Shown: piece after piece, positions 1 to 9,733 of the stretch
Layout of the letters: each line of letters opens with the position of its first letter
How positions within the stretch are numbered: the first letter of the stretch is position 1
The notes under the pieces: generated by a model
Database searches by the model: none
What the model saw: the letters and a program-made list of their open reading frames with translations, nothing else
Told to the model about the DNA's origin: nothing
Made by a program: the position numbers and the translations under genes
Assembly (NCBI GenBank): GCA_934098295.1
Contig: CAKONV010000006.1
Span: 31,595-95,594, forward strand
Direction of reading: 5' to 3'
DNA: 64,000 nucleotides
Source of the DNA: an uncultured Bacilli bacterium
Lineage (GTDB): Bacteria > Bacillota_I > Bacilli_A > ML615J-28 > CAG-313

Positions 1-1113
1 ATGAGTTATGAACAAGATTTTAAAAACTTTTTAGATAAATATAATGTTATGGGGGCAACTTCTCTAATTACATCTAAAGATAAAATCATTAAAAAAGCAT
101 ATTATGGTTATGAAAATTTTGAAACTAAAACGCCTACCACTTCAAAAACCACTTATAGAGTGGCATCAATTTCTAAAGTAATTGTAGCATTAGCTATAAT
201 GAAACTTTACGAAGAAGGAAAGTTAAAACTAGATGAAGATATTAGTAATTATTTAGGATATAAAGTTAGAAACCCTCATTTTTTGAATGATGTTATAACA
301 ATTAAAATGTTAATGACTCAAACTTCGAGCTTAAATGACTGTGGAGATGGTAAAAAAGGTTATTACGGAAGTGAAGCCGGTTTTACGTATATTCCCTTAA
401 AAGATATTATTGCTAATAGTAATTCCTTTTACTATGACCAAAACGTTTGGACTTTAAATAAACCCGGTAGTACCTTTTTATACTGTAATCTTGGTTGTGG
501 CATTTTAGTTTGTATTGTAGAAAAAATAACAGGAAAGTATTTTATGGATTATTTAAGAGAAATTATGTTTGATCCTTTAGAAATTCCCTTTGGCTTTAAA
601 TTAGAAGATATCGCCGATCCTACAAATCTTGCAACTCATTATTCGTTTGAAGATGATTCGTTTATTCCTTATCGTACCTATCAAACTTTTAAAGAAAATC
701 AAAGTAAATTGTTTAGTCTTGGTGATAACTTTACAGGTTTTGCGGGAGGGCTTTATATCACGGCTAATGATTTAACTAAAATAATGTTTTTACTTATGAA
801 CAATGGTATCTATAAAGATATACGTTTATTTAAAGAAGAAACTATTAAGTTAATGAAACAGGTTCACTGGCAAGGAACTTCTTATGATGAAGCTTATAAA
901 ATGAAGGGACTACAATTAGTAATTTTAGATAGTTTTAAAGAGAGACTTTACGGTCATTTTGGTAATGCGTATGGCTTAAGAGCCTTTATGCTTTTTAATG
1001 ATAATAATGGTTATATTTTTATCAGTAATGGTGGCGACTATTTAGGGGATGGCGATCATTTAACAATTTTGTTAAAAGATGTTATTAATTTTATGTTAGA
1101 AAATAAGGAATAA
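1..1113 (+). CDS. Beta-lactamase-family serine hydrolase (PBP4/esterase-like)
   Basis: It has the SxxK motif (SISK in YRVASISKVIVALAIMKL), the YxN motif (YCNLGCG) and a C-terminal HxG block (GHFGNAYG). The ATG lies exactly at the window edge, so the true start cannot be verified. Confidence 0.7.
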   Translation: MSYEQDFKNFLDKYNVMGATSLITSKDKIIKKAYYGYENFETKTPTTSKTTYRVASISKVIVALAIMKLYEEGKLKLDEDISNYLGYKVRNPHFLNDVITIKMLMTQTSSLNDCGDGKKGYYGSEAGFTYIPLKDIIANSNSFYYDQNVWTLNKPGSTFLYCNLGCGILVCIVEKITGKYFMDYLREIMFDPLEIPFGFKLEDIADPTNLATHYSFEDDSFIPYRTYQTFKENQSKLFSLGDNFTGFAGGLYITANDLTKIMFLLMNNGIYKDIRLFKEETIKLMKQVHWQGTSYDEAYKMKGLQLVILDSFKERLYGHFGNAYGLRAFMLFNDNNGYIFISNGGDYLGDGDHLTILLKDVINFMLENKE

Positions 1114-1117
1114 GGAC

Positions 1118-3352
1118 ATGAAGAAAATAAAAATAATATTTGTAATGCTAATTTTAAGTTTTTTTCTTTTTTCTTGTAAAAAAGAATATCAAGTAAACCT
1201 TCATATTGATGATGAAGTTGTTAGTTTAAAAGTTGAAAAGAATGCTCAAATAGATTATAATAATCCGTTAAAAGATGGCTATAAATTCGTTGGTTGGTAC
1301 ACCGATGAAGCTTATCAAAATGAATATAAGATAGAAGAAAAAGTTCTAAAAAATCTTGATCTTTATGCTAAGTTTTTAAAAATTTATAAAGTAACAATCT
1401 TTAATGGTGAAAGTGAAGAAGTTGTTGAAGTCTTAGAAGGTGAAAAACTAGGAAAACTAGATGATATCGAAAAAGAAGGCTATAAATTTTATGGATGGTA
1501 TCAAGATATAAATTGTACAACTCTTTATGATTTTGATAACATCGTAACTAGCGATTTTACCATTTATGCGAAACTTGAAATGGAAAAATACACCGTAAGT
1601 TTTATAACTAATGGTGATTCCATCCAAAAACCATTAAGCGTTAAAGCAGGAACGGCTGTAAAAGCCCCATCTAATCCTTCTAAACTAGGATATAAATTTT
1701 CCTACTGGGCAAGCGATATAGAGGGAAGAGAAAAATATGATTTTTCAACACCCGTAACAAGCGATATAACTTTATATGCTTTTTATGAAGAAATAAACTA
1801 TGAAGAATTTTTAGATAATTTAATCCCTGAAGTAATTACCGATGATTTAGTTTTACCAACTGATGATGGTGAAAATGAATATAGTTGGTCTTCAACTAAC
1901 GTTAATATTTTAAATGCTAGTGGAATTTATTCCCCACGTAGAACCGATACAACAATTACCATCTTTTTAGAGGTCAGCAATAGTTATAGTCCTGAGACTT
2001 TAAAATTTGAAAGAAAAGTAACCGTAAAAGGATATAATTTAAAAAAATTAGAAAGTGGTAAAATCGTAATAGGTTATACATCTTCTTGGTATTATCAAAG
2101 ATATAGTGATGTCTTATTAGATACCGTAGATATTTTAGATTTAAGTTTTGCTTACGTAAATAGTGATGGAACCCTTGACTTAAAAGATATTGCATCAATT
2201 ATGACTAGCGTTATTTCGCAAGCTCACAAAAAAGGAAAAAGAGTGGTTTTAAGTATTCAAGGTTCTGAAAGTTCTGCAACCCATTCCACTCAAGCCTTTA
2301 GTGATTGTGCTGCCTCAAGCACTTTAAGAGAAAAACTAGCAACTTCCATTGTAGATGTAATTGATAAATACCATTTTGATGGTGTTGATATCGACTGGGA
2401 ATACCCGGGAACGGCCTCAAGACCTGTCGATGTCGATAGAACTAATTTTACCTATCTAATGGCGGAAATTAGAAGTAAATTAAATAGCTACGGTAAAGAC
2501 TATTTATTAACATCAGCAATTCCTGGCGGACCGGATGGTTATAGCCGTTTTGAAATGAAAAAACTAGTTGATTATTTTGATTACTTCAACATGATGAGTT
2601 ATGACTTAGTATCAAACTCTAAAGGTTCTCACCATAGTGCTTTATATAAATCAAGCATAATGGGAGGAACTCTTGATGGTTGCAGTATTGATGAAACTGT
2701 CAAATTGTGGGAGGCTCAAGGCGTACCTAGCAATAAAATATGTTTAGGAATGGCCTTTTATAGTAAATCAATAACCGTAAGAACGGATAGAGACAATGGT
2801 ATTGGTGTTATTAGACCAATTGGGTCAGTTGTAACTTATAAAAACGTAACTTATGAAAAATTGATAACAACTGAATTTCCATTACTAGGAACTACATCTA
2901 GTTATTATTATGATGAAAGTTCTTGTGCTCCAACTATTATTAATTCATCGAAGTTATTCTATACTTATGATAATGAAAGATCTCTTATCGAAAAATGTCA
3001 CTATGCTACCACTAATAATTTAGCTGGTGTAATGATTTGGGAACTAGGAGAAGATCATACTGATACGCTAATTAAAGCTGTAGGTCAAGGAATGGGTAAA
3101 GTAGAAAGTAATGACTATATCGCAACCGGATACTTAGAAAAGATGGTTAACGAAAAGCTAAACCTAAAATTTATAAGAGAAGTTGAAGAAAGCTCTTTAA
3201 AAGAAAATGTCAAAATTATAATTAATAATCAAGAATTAGGAAGCCTTAATGGTAATACCCTTACCCTTTTAAAAGAAGGAACCCTAGAAATTACTGTTAT
3301 GGATCCAACTAATGATATTGTTTATAGTAAACTAATTATAACGATTAAATAA
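1118..3352 (+). CDS. GH18 glycoside hydrolase lipoprotein (chitinase / endo-beta-N-acetylglucosaminidase-like) with 3 Listeria-Bacteroides repeats
   Basis: A signal peptide ends in a lipobox (FLFSC). There are three GYKF-GW...(L/I)YA(K/F) repeats and a small Ig-like segment (EYSWSSTNVNILNASG). The GH18 catalytic motif FDGVDIDWEYP is intact, and the MMSYD and VMIWELGED blocks are present. Confidence 0.85.
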   Translation: MKKIKIIFVMLILSFFLFSCKKEYQVNLHIDDEVVSLKVEKNAQIDYNNPLKDGYKFVGWYTDEAYQNEYKIEEKVLKNLDLYAKFLKIYKVTIFNGESEEVVEVLEGEKLGKLDDIEKEGYKFYGWYQDINCTTLYDFDNIVTSDFTIYAKLEMEKYTVSFITNGDSIQKPLSVKAGTAVKAPSNPSKLGYKFSYWASDIEGREKYDFSTPVTSDITLYAFYEEINYEEFLDNLIPEVITDDLVLPTDDGENEYSWSSTNVNILNASGIYSPRRTDTTITIFLEVSNSYSPETLKFERKVTVKGYNLKKLESGKIVIGYTSSWYYQRYSDVLLDTVDILDLSFAYVNSDGTLDLKDIASIMTSVISQAHKKGKRVVLSIQGSESSATHSTQAFSDCAASSTLREKLATSIVDVIDKYHFDGVDIDWEYPGTASRPVDVDRTNFTYLMAEIRSKLNSYGKDYLLTSAIPGGPDGYSRFEMKKLVDYFDYFNMMSYDLVSNSKGSHHSALYKSSIMGGTLDGCSIDETVKLWEAQGVPSNKICLGMAFYSKSITVRTDRDNGIGVIRPIGSVVTYKNVTYEKLITTEFPLLGTTSSYYYDESSCAPTIINSSKLFYTYDNERSLIEKCHYATTNNLAGVMIWELGEDHTDTLIKAVGQGMGKVESNDYIATGYLEKMVNEKLNLKFIREVEESSLKENVKIIINNQELGSLNGNTLTLLKEGTLEITVMDPTNDIVYSKLIITIK

Positions 3353-3377
3353 TAATATAACGAAAGGAAAAGGAAAT

Positions 3378-4952
3378 ATGAAAAGACTAATCTATTTATT
3401 TTTAATATTAACTTGTTTGTTCATTAGCGGTTGTGATGAACCTGACACACCTACGCCTGATGATGAAAAATATTATGCTGTTTCCTTTGATACCGGTATT
3501 AACTATATTATTGAAACGAAAAATGTCAAAGAAGGAAGTCTATTAGAAGAACCAACCGATGTTTTAATAAGAGAAGGCTATTTGTTTAAAGGATGGACAA
3601 CTATTAATAACGATTATACAAGTCTTTATGATTTTTCAACGCCAGTAACAAGTGACTTTACTTTATATGCCTATTATGAAAAAGATCACTTTGATTATAG
3701 CGTTTATTTAGATGAATATGTCCCAAGCATTATTGGTGAAGACTTAGAATGGCCAACGCAAATTGGCGATGCTCATCTAATCTGGGATACGAGCGATTAT
3801 ACCCTTTTATCAACAACAGGAAAAGTATACCCAGCTAGAACTAAGAAAGAAGTAACTGTAATGTTAGAAGTATACAATAATGGTGATAGATACTATTATA
3901 GTAAAGATGTTACCATTAAAGCCTTGGAACTAAAAGAATTAGAAAGTGGCAATCTTACGGTTGGCTATTATTCAAGTTGGAACTTTTTTGGTTACACTGA
4001 TGAAACTTTAGAAACATTAGATATTGTTAATTTATGCTTTGCGTATGTCGATAGTAATAACGGCTTAATTTTAAGAGAACTATATGCGGTTATGAACCAA
4101 GTATTAGAAGCTCACAAAAAAGGTGTAAGAGTATTACTATCCGTTCAAGGATATGGTAGTGATGGAACTAACTTTTCTTTAGCTGCTAAAACCAAAGAAT
4201 CAAGAGAAAAACTTGCTCAAAACATGTTAGAAGTATGTGAAAAATATCACTTTGACGGTATCGATATCGACTGGGAATATCCAGGCTTTAATACCGGAAC
4301 CTCAACCGCTATTGATAGAGCTAACTACACCCTTTTGATGCAAGAAATCTATGAAACCTTAAAAGCCAAAGATCCAACCTATCTTTTAACTGCCGCTATT
4401 CCGGGAGGTCCATACCTAACTAGTAGATTCGATCTTGCTAATGTTCATAAATATTTAGACTTTATTAATATAATGACTTATGATCTTCAAAGTAGTGGTA
4501 GAGCTACTCACCATACAGCTTTATATCCATCTTCAGCCACAATCTCTGGCTGTTCCGTTGATGAAAGTGTAAAATCATATTTAAACCAAGGGGTACCAGC
4601 TGAAAAAATCGTAATTGGTATTGCCTTTTATGGAAAATATACGGTATCTTCATCCCTTGGTGGAAGTGGCTCATCTTATAAATCAATAACCTACACAAAA
4701 ATCTTGAGCGACTATCTTAATAATCCTAATGCTTCCTATTATAACGGCTTTGATGAAATCGCCAATGCTCCGTATATCTTAGATTATACTAATGGTTATT
4801 TTATAACCTATGACAATGAACTATCCGTTGAAAGAAAATGTCAATATGTCTTAAACAATAAACTAGGTGGCGTCATGGTTTGGGAAATAGGTGAAGATAT
4901 GAGTGGAAATCTCGTAAGTGTTATTAACAAAACAATGAAAATGGAGAAATAA
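3378..4952 (+). CDS. GH18 glycoside hydrolase lipoprotein, paralog of the upstream gene (1 Listeria-Bacteroides repeat)
   Basis: It has the lipobox FISGC, one repeat (GYLFKGW...TLYAYY), an Ig-like segment (HLIWDTSDYTLLSTTG), the catalytic motif FDGIDIDWEYP, and the IMTYD and VMVWEIGED blocks. Confidence 0.85.
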   Translation: MKRLIYLFLILTCLFISGCDEPDTPTPDDEKYYAVSFDTGINYIIETKNVKEGSLLEEPTDVLIREGYLFKGWTTINNDYTSLYDFSTPVTSDFTLYAYYEKDHFDYSVYLDEYVPSIIGEDLEWPTQIGDAHLIWDTSDYTLLSTTGKVYPARTKKEVTVMLEVYNNGDRYYYSKDVTIKALELKELESGNLTVGYYSSWNFFGYTDETLETLDIVNLCFAYVDSNNGLILRELYAVMNQVLEAHKKGVRVLLSVQGYGSDGTNFSLAAKTKESREKLAQNMLEVCEKYHFDGIDIDWEYPGFNTGTSTAIDRANYTLLMQEIYETLKAKDPTYLLTAAIPGGPYLTSRFDLANVHKYLDFINIMTYDLQSSGRATHHTALYPSSATISGCSVDESVKSYLNQGVPAEKIVIGIAFYGKYTVSSSLGGSGSSYKSITYTKILSDYLNNPNASYYNGFDEIANAPYILDYTNGYFITYDNELSVERKCQYVLNNKLGGVMVWEIGEDMSGNLVSVINKTMKMEK

Positions 4953-4953
4953 A

Positions 4954-5583
4954 ATGAAAAAATATACACCAATATCAATGGTTAAAAATGGTCGATATGT
5001 TTTTTATCATCAAGAACTATCTAAAGATGATCAAACAATCATCTTAGAAAAGATTCAAAATTTAATAAATGAAAATCAAGAATATTGTGATAAAATAAAC
5101 TTCGATAATTTATGTAACTTATTTTATACAATTTCTGCTTATCAATTGTTAATAACCAAAAACAAAACTAAAGAAGAAGCAATCAACATTTTATCAAATG
5201 CTATGTATAGCTTTTTAACTAGTAGTAAAGAAAAGTACGAAAAACTATTTAAATCAAATTTATTCTTTAAACTTGCAAGAATATTTATTCCTAAAATGAT
5301 GGTAAAACAAAACGGTCATGGTTGGATTTTAGAAAAAAATGAAGGCGACAAAAAAACAATTAAATTTACCTGTCACTTATGTCTAATGAAAACCATATGT
5401 GATAAATATAATGTTTCTTTCTTAACACCAATCTTTTGTGGGGCGGATTTATATCAATATAATAACCTCCCTTATACATCATTTCATCGTCATGAAACCA
5501 TTGGAAAAGGTGGCACTAAATGTGATTTCATGTTTAAAAGACATGATAAGGGCGAACAAATTGTACGTGAAGAAAATGTCTAA
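4954..5583 (+). CDS. Cys-rich cytoplasmic protein, possibly L-2-amino-thiazoline-4-carboxylic acid hydrolase-like family
   Basis: It is 209 aa with no signal peptide. Conserved cysteines (CHLCLMKTIC, FCGADLY, GGTKCDFMFKR) resemble the C-terminal pattern I recall for the ATC-hydrolase-like family. The family call is weak. Confidence 0.35.
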   Translation: MKKYTPISMVKNGRYVFYHQELSKDDQTIILEKIQNLINENQEYCDKINFDNLCNLFYTISAYQLLITKNKTKEEAINILSNAMYSFLTSSKEKYEKLFKSNLFFKLARIFIPKMMVKQNGHGWILEKNEGDKKTIKFTCHLCLMKTICDKYNVSFLTPIFCGADLYQYNNLPYTSFHRHETIGKGGTKCDFMFKRHDKGEQIVREENV

Positions 5584-5680
5584 ATAAATATAATAATTTT
5601 ATAAAAAGAGATGTGTAAATTTCTTAAACAAAAAAGAATTGGTGAAAAAATTATAATTGAATAATATTATTAAAATGTAA

Positions 5681-5713
5681 AAAATGTGTTGATTTAATTC
5701 AACACATTTTTTT
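5681..5713 (+). terminator. Rho-independent terminator after the 4954-5583 gene
   Basis: There is a 12-bp perfect stem (AAAATGTGTTGA / TCAACACATTTT) with a 6-nt loop, followed by a T-run. Confidence 0.75.
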
Positions 5714-5753
5714 AATAGCTAAGAATAGTAAAAAACATAACAAAATGTATTTT

Positions 5754-5780
5754 TTTACAATTTCTTTACAATTATTTACG
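5754..5780 (+). promoter_or_regulatory. Pho-box-like direct repeats upstream of pstS
   Basis: The sequence TTTACA-N5-TTTACA-N4-TTTACG has 11- and 10-bp phasing. It lies about 75-100 nt upstream of the pstS ATG, with candidate -10 elements downstream (TATGGT / TAAAAT). Confidence 0.5.
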
Positions 5781-5854
5781 AGAATATGGTATTTTTAAAA
5801 AAAATAAGAGAGTAAAATATTGGTGTAAAATTTAATTTAAGGAGAAAAAAATTA

Positions 5855-6832
5855 ATGAAAAAGATTTTTATGATGTTAGCAGTAGTATTAACATTTAGTG
5901 TATTAGCTGCTAACAGTAGTTGCAAAAAGCAAGATGATACAGAATTTGATACGGAAAAATTAGTTACAAGATATTCAAGAGATGATACATCAGGAACTAG
6001 AGATGGTTTCTTCACTGCTGTTGGTTATGAAGAAGCCAAAACTGATAATACCAAAATTCCTAATGCTTCTATTGTTTCAGATAACTCAGCTATGATTTCA
6101 TCAGTTATTAATGATGAATTTGGAATTGGTTATGTATCTTTAGCTTCTTTACCTATTGAAGGATTGAAAGCTTTAAAGTTTGAAGGGGTTGAAGCCAGCG
6201 AGGAAACTGTTATTAGTGGTGAATATAAGTTATCTCGTAATTTCAATTATATCACAACCACTAGTGATAATTGTACAGAAAAAGAATGGTTATTAGTAAG
6301 AGCATTTGTTCTATTTATTACAAGTAAAGAAGGCCTTGCTATAATTTCTAGTCATGATGGTATCTTAGTTAATGATTATTCAAAAGCTTTAACTTTCAAT
6401 GAGTTATTAAACTTAAAAGGAAATGAAGATTTATTAACTTTATGTAATACCCCATGTGATGCATCAAAAAGAACGGAAATTAAGTTTGGTGGTTCAACAT
6501 CAGTAGAAAAAATCGCAAAAGCCTTAACAGCAAGTTTTGAAAACTTATGTCCTTCCTTTGTAGCTGTTCATAATCATACTGGTTCTGGTGCTGCTTATAA
6601 AGGAACTCAAGGTAGTGAAAAATCTTCAACAAATAGTATGCATGTTGGTTTCCTATCAAGAGAATTAAGTAGTAACGAAAAAGCCGCTGAAGGTACTTCA
6701 GAATTACTTTGTAAAGATGGAATTGTTGTAGTTGTCAATGCTAAAAATACTTGTATTGATAATTTAACCGCAAAACAACTAGTTACAATTTATTCAAAAG
6801 AAAACACTAAATGGAGCGATTTACTTAAGTAA
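5855..6832 (+). CDS. pstS: Phosphate ABC transporter substrate-binding lipoprotein PstS, apparently circularly permuted
   Basis: It has a signal peptide with Cys23 and sits at the head of pstCAB-phoU. All PstS/PBP_like_2 blocks are present but in swapped order: SRDDTSGTRDGF, IGYVSLA, LKALKFEGVEA and YKLSRNF come first, and GGSTSVEKIAKAL, HTGSGAAYKG, FLSRELS and KDGIVVVVNAKN come last. Confidence 0.8.
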   Translation: MKKIFMMLAVVLTFSVLAANSSCKKQDDTEFDTEKLVTRYSRDDTSGTRDGFFTAVGYEEAKTDNTKIPNASIVSDNSAMISSVINDEFGIGYVSLASLPIEGLKALKFEGVEASEETVISGEYKLSRNFNYITTTSDNCTEKEWLLVRAFVLFITSKEGLAIISSHDGILVNDYSKALTFNELLNLKGNEDLLTLCNTPCDASKRTEIKFGGSTSVEKIAKALTASFENLCPSFVAVHNHTGSGAAYKGTQGSEKSSTNSMHVGFLSRELSSNEKAAEGTSELLCKDGIVVVVNAKNTCIDNLTAKQLVTIYSKENTKWSDLLK

Positions 6833-6870
6833 GCACTACTTTAGTGCCTTTTTTTAAAAAAGGAGACAAC

Positions 6871-7788
6871 ATGCAAAAAGAAAAAAATAAAGTATTAAAT
6901 AAAGTCTTAATAGACAAAATCATGCATTATATTTTTTTAGGAATTGGCCTTATCTGTGCATCATCAATTATTTTAATTGTTGCTTTCATTTTTATAAAGG
7001 GTTTAAGACCTTTTGTTTTAAAATATGATGGCGTAAGAATCAATTTATTTAAATTTTTATTTGGCACAAGTTATACAACTAATAAGTATGGAGTTTTAGG
7101 ATTAGTGATTAATACTATTGTTATTGTTGCTTTTTCGGCTCTTTTAGCATTGCCAATTAGCGTTTTATCAGCTTTATTTATTGTTCAAGTAGCTCCTAAA
7201 AAGTTAGGAATCTTTTTCCAAATGATTGTTGAACTTTTAGCAGCGATTCCTTCTATTATATATGGTTTGTTTGGAATGGGTGTTATTAATCCTTTGGTAA
7301 GAGATTTAGCTAAAATATTTTCTTTACAAACAGCAGGAGGAATATCGATGCTATCCGTAATAACTGTTCTTACGATGATGATTGTTCCGACCATTACGAT
7401 GTTATCAATAACCTCCATGCGAGCTGTTAAAAAAGATTTAATATCGGCATCCTTAGCATTAGGCGCTACTAAGTCTCAAACCAATTATAAAATTGTCATT
7501 GGTGGGGCAAAAAGTGGAATCTTTGCGGCATTGATTTTAGGAATAGGAAGAGCAATGGGAGAGGCAACGGCTGTATCAATGGTTTGTGGTGGGGCCACCG
7601 GAATTGCTATTTCCTTGTTTTCACCAACCGCTACAATAACTTCAACCATGATTCAAGGAATTCATGAATCAACAGGGTTAAATTATGATATTCGTTTTAG
7701 TTTAGGCATTGTCTTAATAGTAATCATTTTTGTAACCAATGTAGCGTTAAATTTAATAAAAAAGAGGATCAGCAAAAATGACCATTAA
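6871..7788 (+). CDS. pstC: Phosphate ABC transporter permease PstC
   Basis: It is a polytopic membrane protein with the EAA-like loop ([11 protein letters not shown]). I moved the start to the ATG at 6871, which follows the AAGGAG RBS; the ORF-track start at 6844 has no RBS. Confidence 0.85.
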   Translation: MQKEKNKVLNKVLIDKIMHYIFLGIGLICASSIILIVAFIFIKGLRPFVLKYDGVRINLFKFLFGTSYTTNKYGVLGLVINTIVIVAFSALLALPISVLSALFIVQVAPKKLGIFFQMIVELLAAIPSIIYGLFGMGVINPLVRDLAKIFSLQTAGGISMLSVITVLTMMIVPTITMLSITSMRAVKKDLISASLALGATKSQTNYKIVIGGAKSGIFAALILGIGRAMGEATAVSMVCGGATGIAISLFSPTATITSTMIQGIHESTGLNYDIRFSLGIVLIVIIFVTNVALNLIKKRISKNDH

Positions 7789-8977
7789 AAGAAAAATTTT
7801 TGATTGTTTAAGAAATGTTATGACGGCATTTAGTTTTTTTATAGCTTTGATTGCCTTAGTAAGTATTATCTTTTATGTAGTAAAAACAGGTGCTAAAACC
7901 TTATCTTTTAAATTTTTGTTTTCAGATAATGCGGAAAGCTTAAATCTAATTGAAACTAAACAAAATGGTGAAACTTTTACAAATCCAGCTATTAAAGATA
8001 CTTATTTTTCCGAAAAATATGGAATTGGTTTGATTAATAGTTTTACACCAGATGGAACTCCTTGTGTGATGATTAATTATATCGCTAGTTCTTCCCCCTT
8101 TAATAGTTTAAAAATTATTAATAGTAATAATACGATCAAAGTCGAAAAGGGAGAAATAATCGATGTTTTAATTGGAAAAGATGTTAAAGATAAAGATATT
8201 ATGTCTAATGCTAAAAAAGGTGCTCAAAAAATGGCTACAGCCTTAGATAGTGCCTATACAATATCTTACTTGCAATGTAAAAAAACGGGAGGCGGTATTA
8301 GAGGTTCACTTATTGCTACCTTGTATTTGATTTTACTTACCCTTCTTTTCGTTTTACCTTTAGGAATAGGAGCAGCAATTTATCTTACTCTTTATGCTAA
8401 AGAAGGTAAGTTTAAAAGCTTAATTACCAATATGATTGATGCGACAAGTGGTGTACCTTCGATTATCTTTGGTTTCGTGGGGATGATTGTTTTTATTCCT
8501 TTTGTCTCTTTATTTACGGCTAAAAGTGATTATTCAATTTTAGCAGGAGCTTTAACGATGACGATTGTTTTATTACCAGTAGTTATTAAAACTACTAGTG
8601 AAGCTTTAATTAGCATACCGAGTCATTATATGTCTTCATCCCTTGCTTTAGGTGCTACTAAGTCCCAAACTATTTTTAAAATTATTTTACCGGCAAGTTT
8701 ACCAGGAATTTTAACGTCAGCTCTACTATGTATTGGTAGAATAATTGGTGAATCAGCAGCTTTAATTTTTGTTATGGGTTCATCTATAAAAGATAATATA
8801 AACATTTTTCAAGGAGCAACATCCTTATCATTACATATTTGGTCTATAACGAGAGCTGATAAACCTAATTATGAAGCTGCTTGTGCAATTTCCATAATTA
8901 TTTTACTGGTGGTTTTCCTTTTAAATGTTATAGTAAAAATAATTTCTTATAAAATAAATAAAAAGAGAGGTGCATAG
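7778..8977 (+). CDS. pstA: Phosphate ABC transporter permease PstA (with about 130-aa extracytoplasmic insert after TM1)
   Basis: It has the [18 protein letters not shown] loop, is polytopic, and overlaps the end of pstC. Confidence 0.85.
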   Translation: MTIKRKIFDCLRNVMTAFSFFIALIALVSIIFYVVKTGAKTLSFKFLFSDNAESLNLIETKQNGETFTNPAIKDTYFSEKYGIGLINSFTPDGTPCVMINYIASSSPFNSLKIINSNNTIKVEKGEIIDVLIGKDVKDKDIMSNAKKGAQKMATALDSAYTISYLQCKKTGGGIRGSLIATLYLILLTLLFVLPLGIGAAIYLTLYAKEGKFKSLITNMIDATSGVPSIIFGFVGMIVFIPFVSLFTAKSDYSILAGALTMTIVLLPVVIKTTSEALISIPSHYMSSSLALGATKSQTIFKIILPASLPGILTSALLCIGRIIGESAALIFVMGSSIKDNINIFQGATSLSLHIWSITRADKPNYEAACAISIIILLVVFLLNVIVKIISYKINKKRGA

Positions 8978-8979
8978 AA

Positions 8980-9732
8980 ATGGAAGATATCGTATTAAGT
9001 GCTAATAATATCAATTTATTCTATGGTGAAAAACAAACTTTAAAAAATGTTAATTTACCAATTTATAAAAATAAAGTAATTGCTTTTATCGGTCCTTCAG
9101 GTTGTGGAAAATCTACCCTTTTAAGATGTTTTAATAGAATGAATGATTTAATTCCTAATTGCCGTATTGATGGTGAAATCTTATATAATAATGAAAATAT
9201 TAAAAATATTGATGTTGTAAACTTAAGAACGGAAATAGGCATGGTTTTTCAAAATCCTAATCCTTTTCCTATGTCAATTTATGATAATGTTGCTTATGGC
9301 CCTAGATGTAGTGGTATTAAAAACAAAGAACAATTAAATAAAATTGTTGAAAAAGCTTTAAAAGATGCTTCTTTGTATGAAGAAGTAAAAACAAGATTAA
9401 AAGATAGTGCGTTAGGGTTGTCTGGTGGTCAACAACAACGTTTATGCATCGCTAGATGTATTGCAATGTCACCTAAGGTAATTTTAATGGATGAACCAAC
9501 ATCAGCCTTAGACCCAATTGCTACTTTAAAGATTGAAGAATTAATTTTAGAACTAAAAGAAAAATATACAATTGTTATTGTTACCCATAATATGCAACAA
9601 GCAACAAGAATATCCGATTACACAGCTTTCTTTTTATTAGGTGAAGTAATCGAATATGATAAAACAATGGAGTTATTCTCTAACCCTAAAAATAAAAAAA
9701 CAGAAGATTATATTACAGGTAGGTTTGGATAA
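8980..9732 (+). CDS. pstB: Phosphate ABC transporter ATP-binding protein PstB
   Basis: It has Walker A (GPSGCGKST), the ABC signature (LSGGQQQR) and Walker B ([11 protein letters not shown]). Confidence 0.95.
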   Translation: MEDIVLSANNINLFYGEKQTLKNVNLPIYKNKVIAFIGPSGCGKSTLLRCFNRMNDLIPNCRIDGEILYNNENIKNIDVVNLRTEIGMVFQNPNPFPMSIYDNVAYGPRCSGIKNKEQLNKIVEKALKDASLYEEVKTRLKDSALGLSGGQQQRLCIARCIAMSPKVILMDEPTSALDPIATLKIEELILELKEKYTIVIVTHNMQQATRISDYTAFFLLGEVIEYDKTMELFSNPKNKKTEDYITGRFG

Positions 9733-9733
9733 G

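Noticed and set aside
5776-6015. The ORF track lists a 79-aa minus-strand ORF overlapping the pstS start and its upstream region.
   Set aside because: It is antisense to the pstS signal peptide and the Pho-box region, has no RBS, and encodes an AT-rich low-complexity product. It is spurious.
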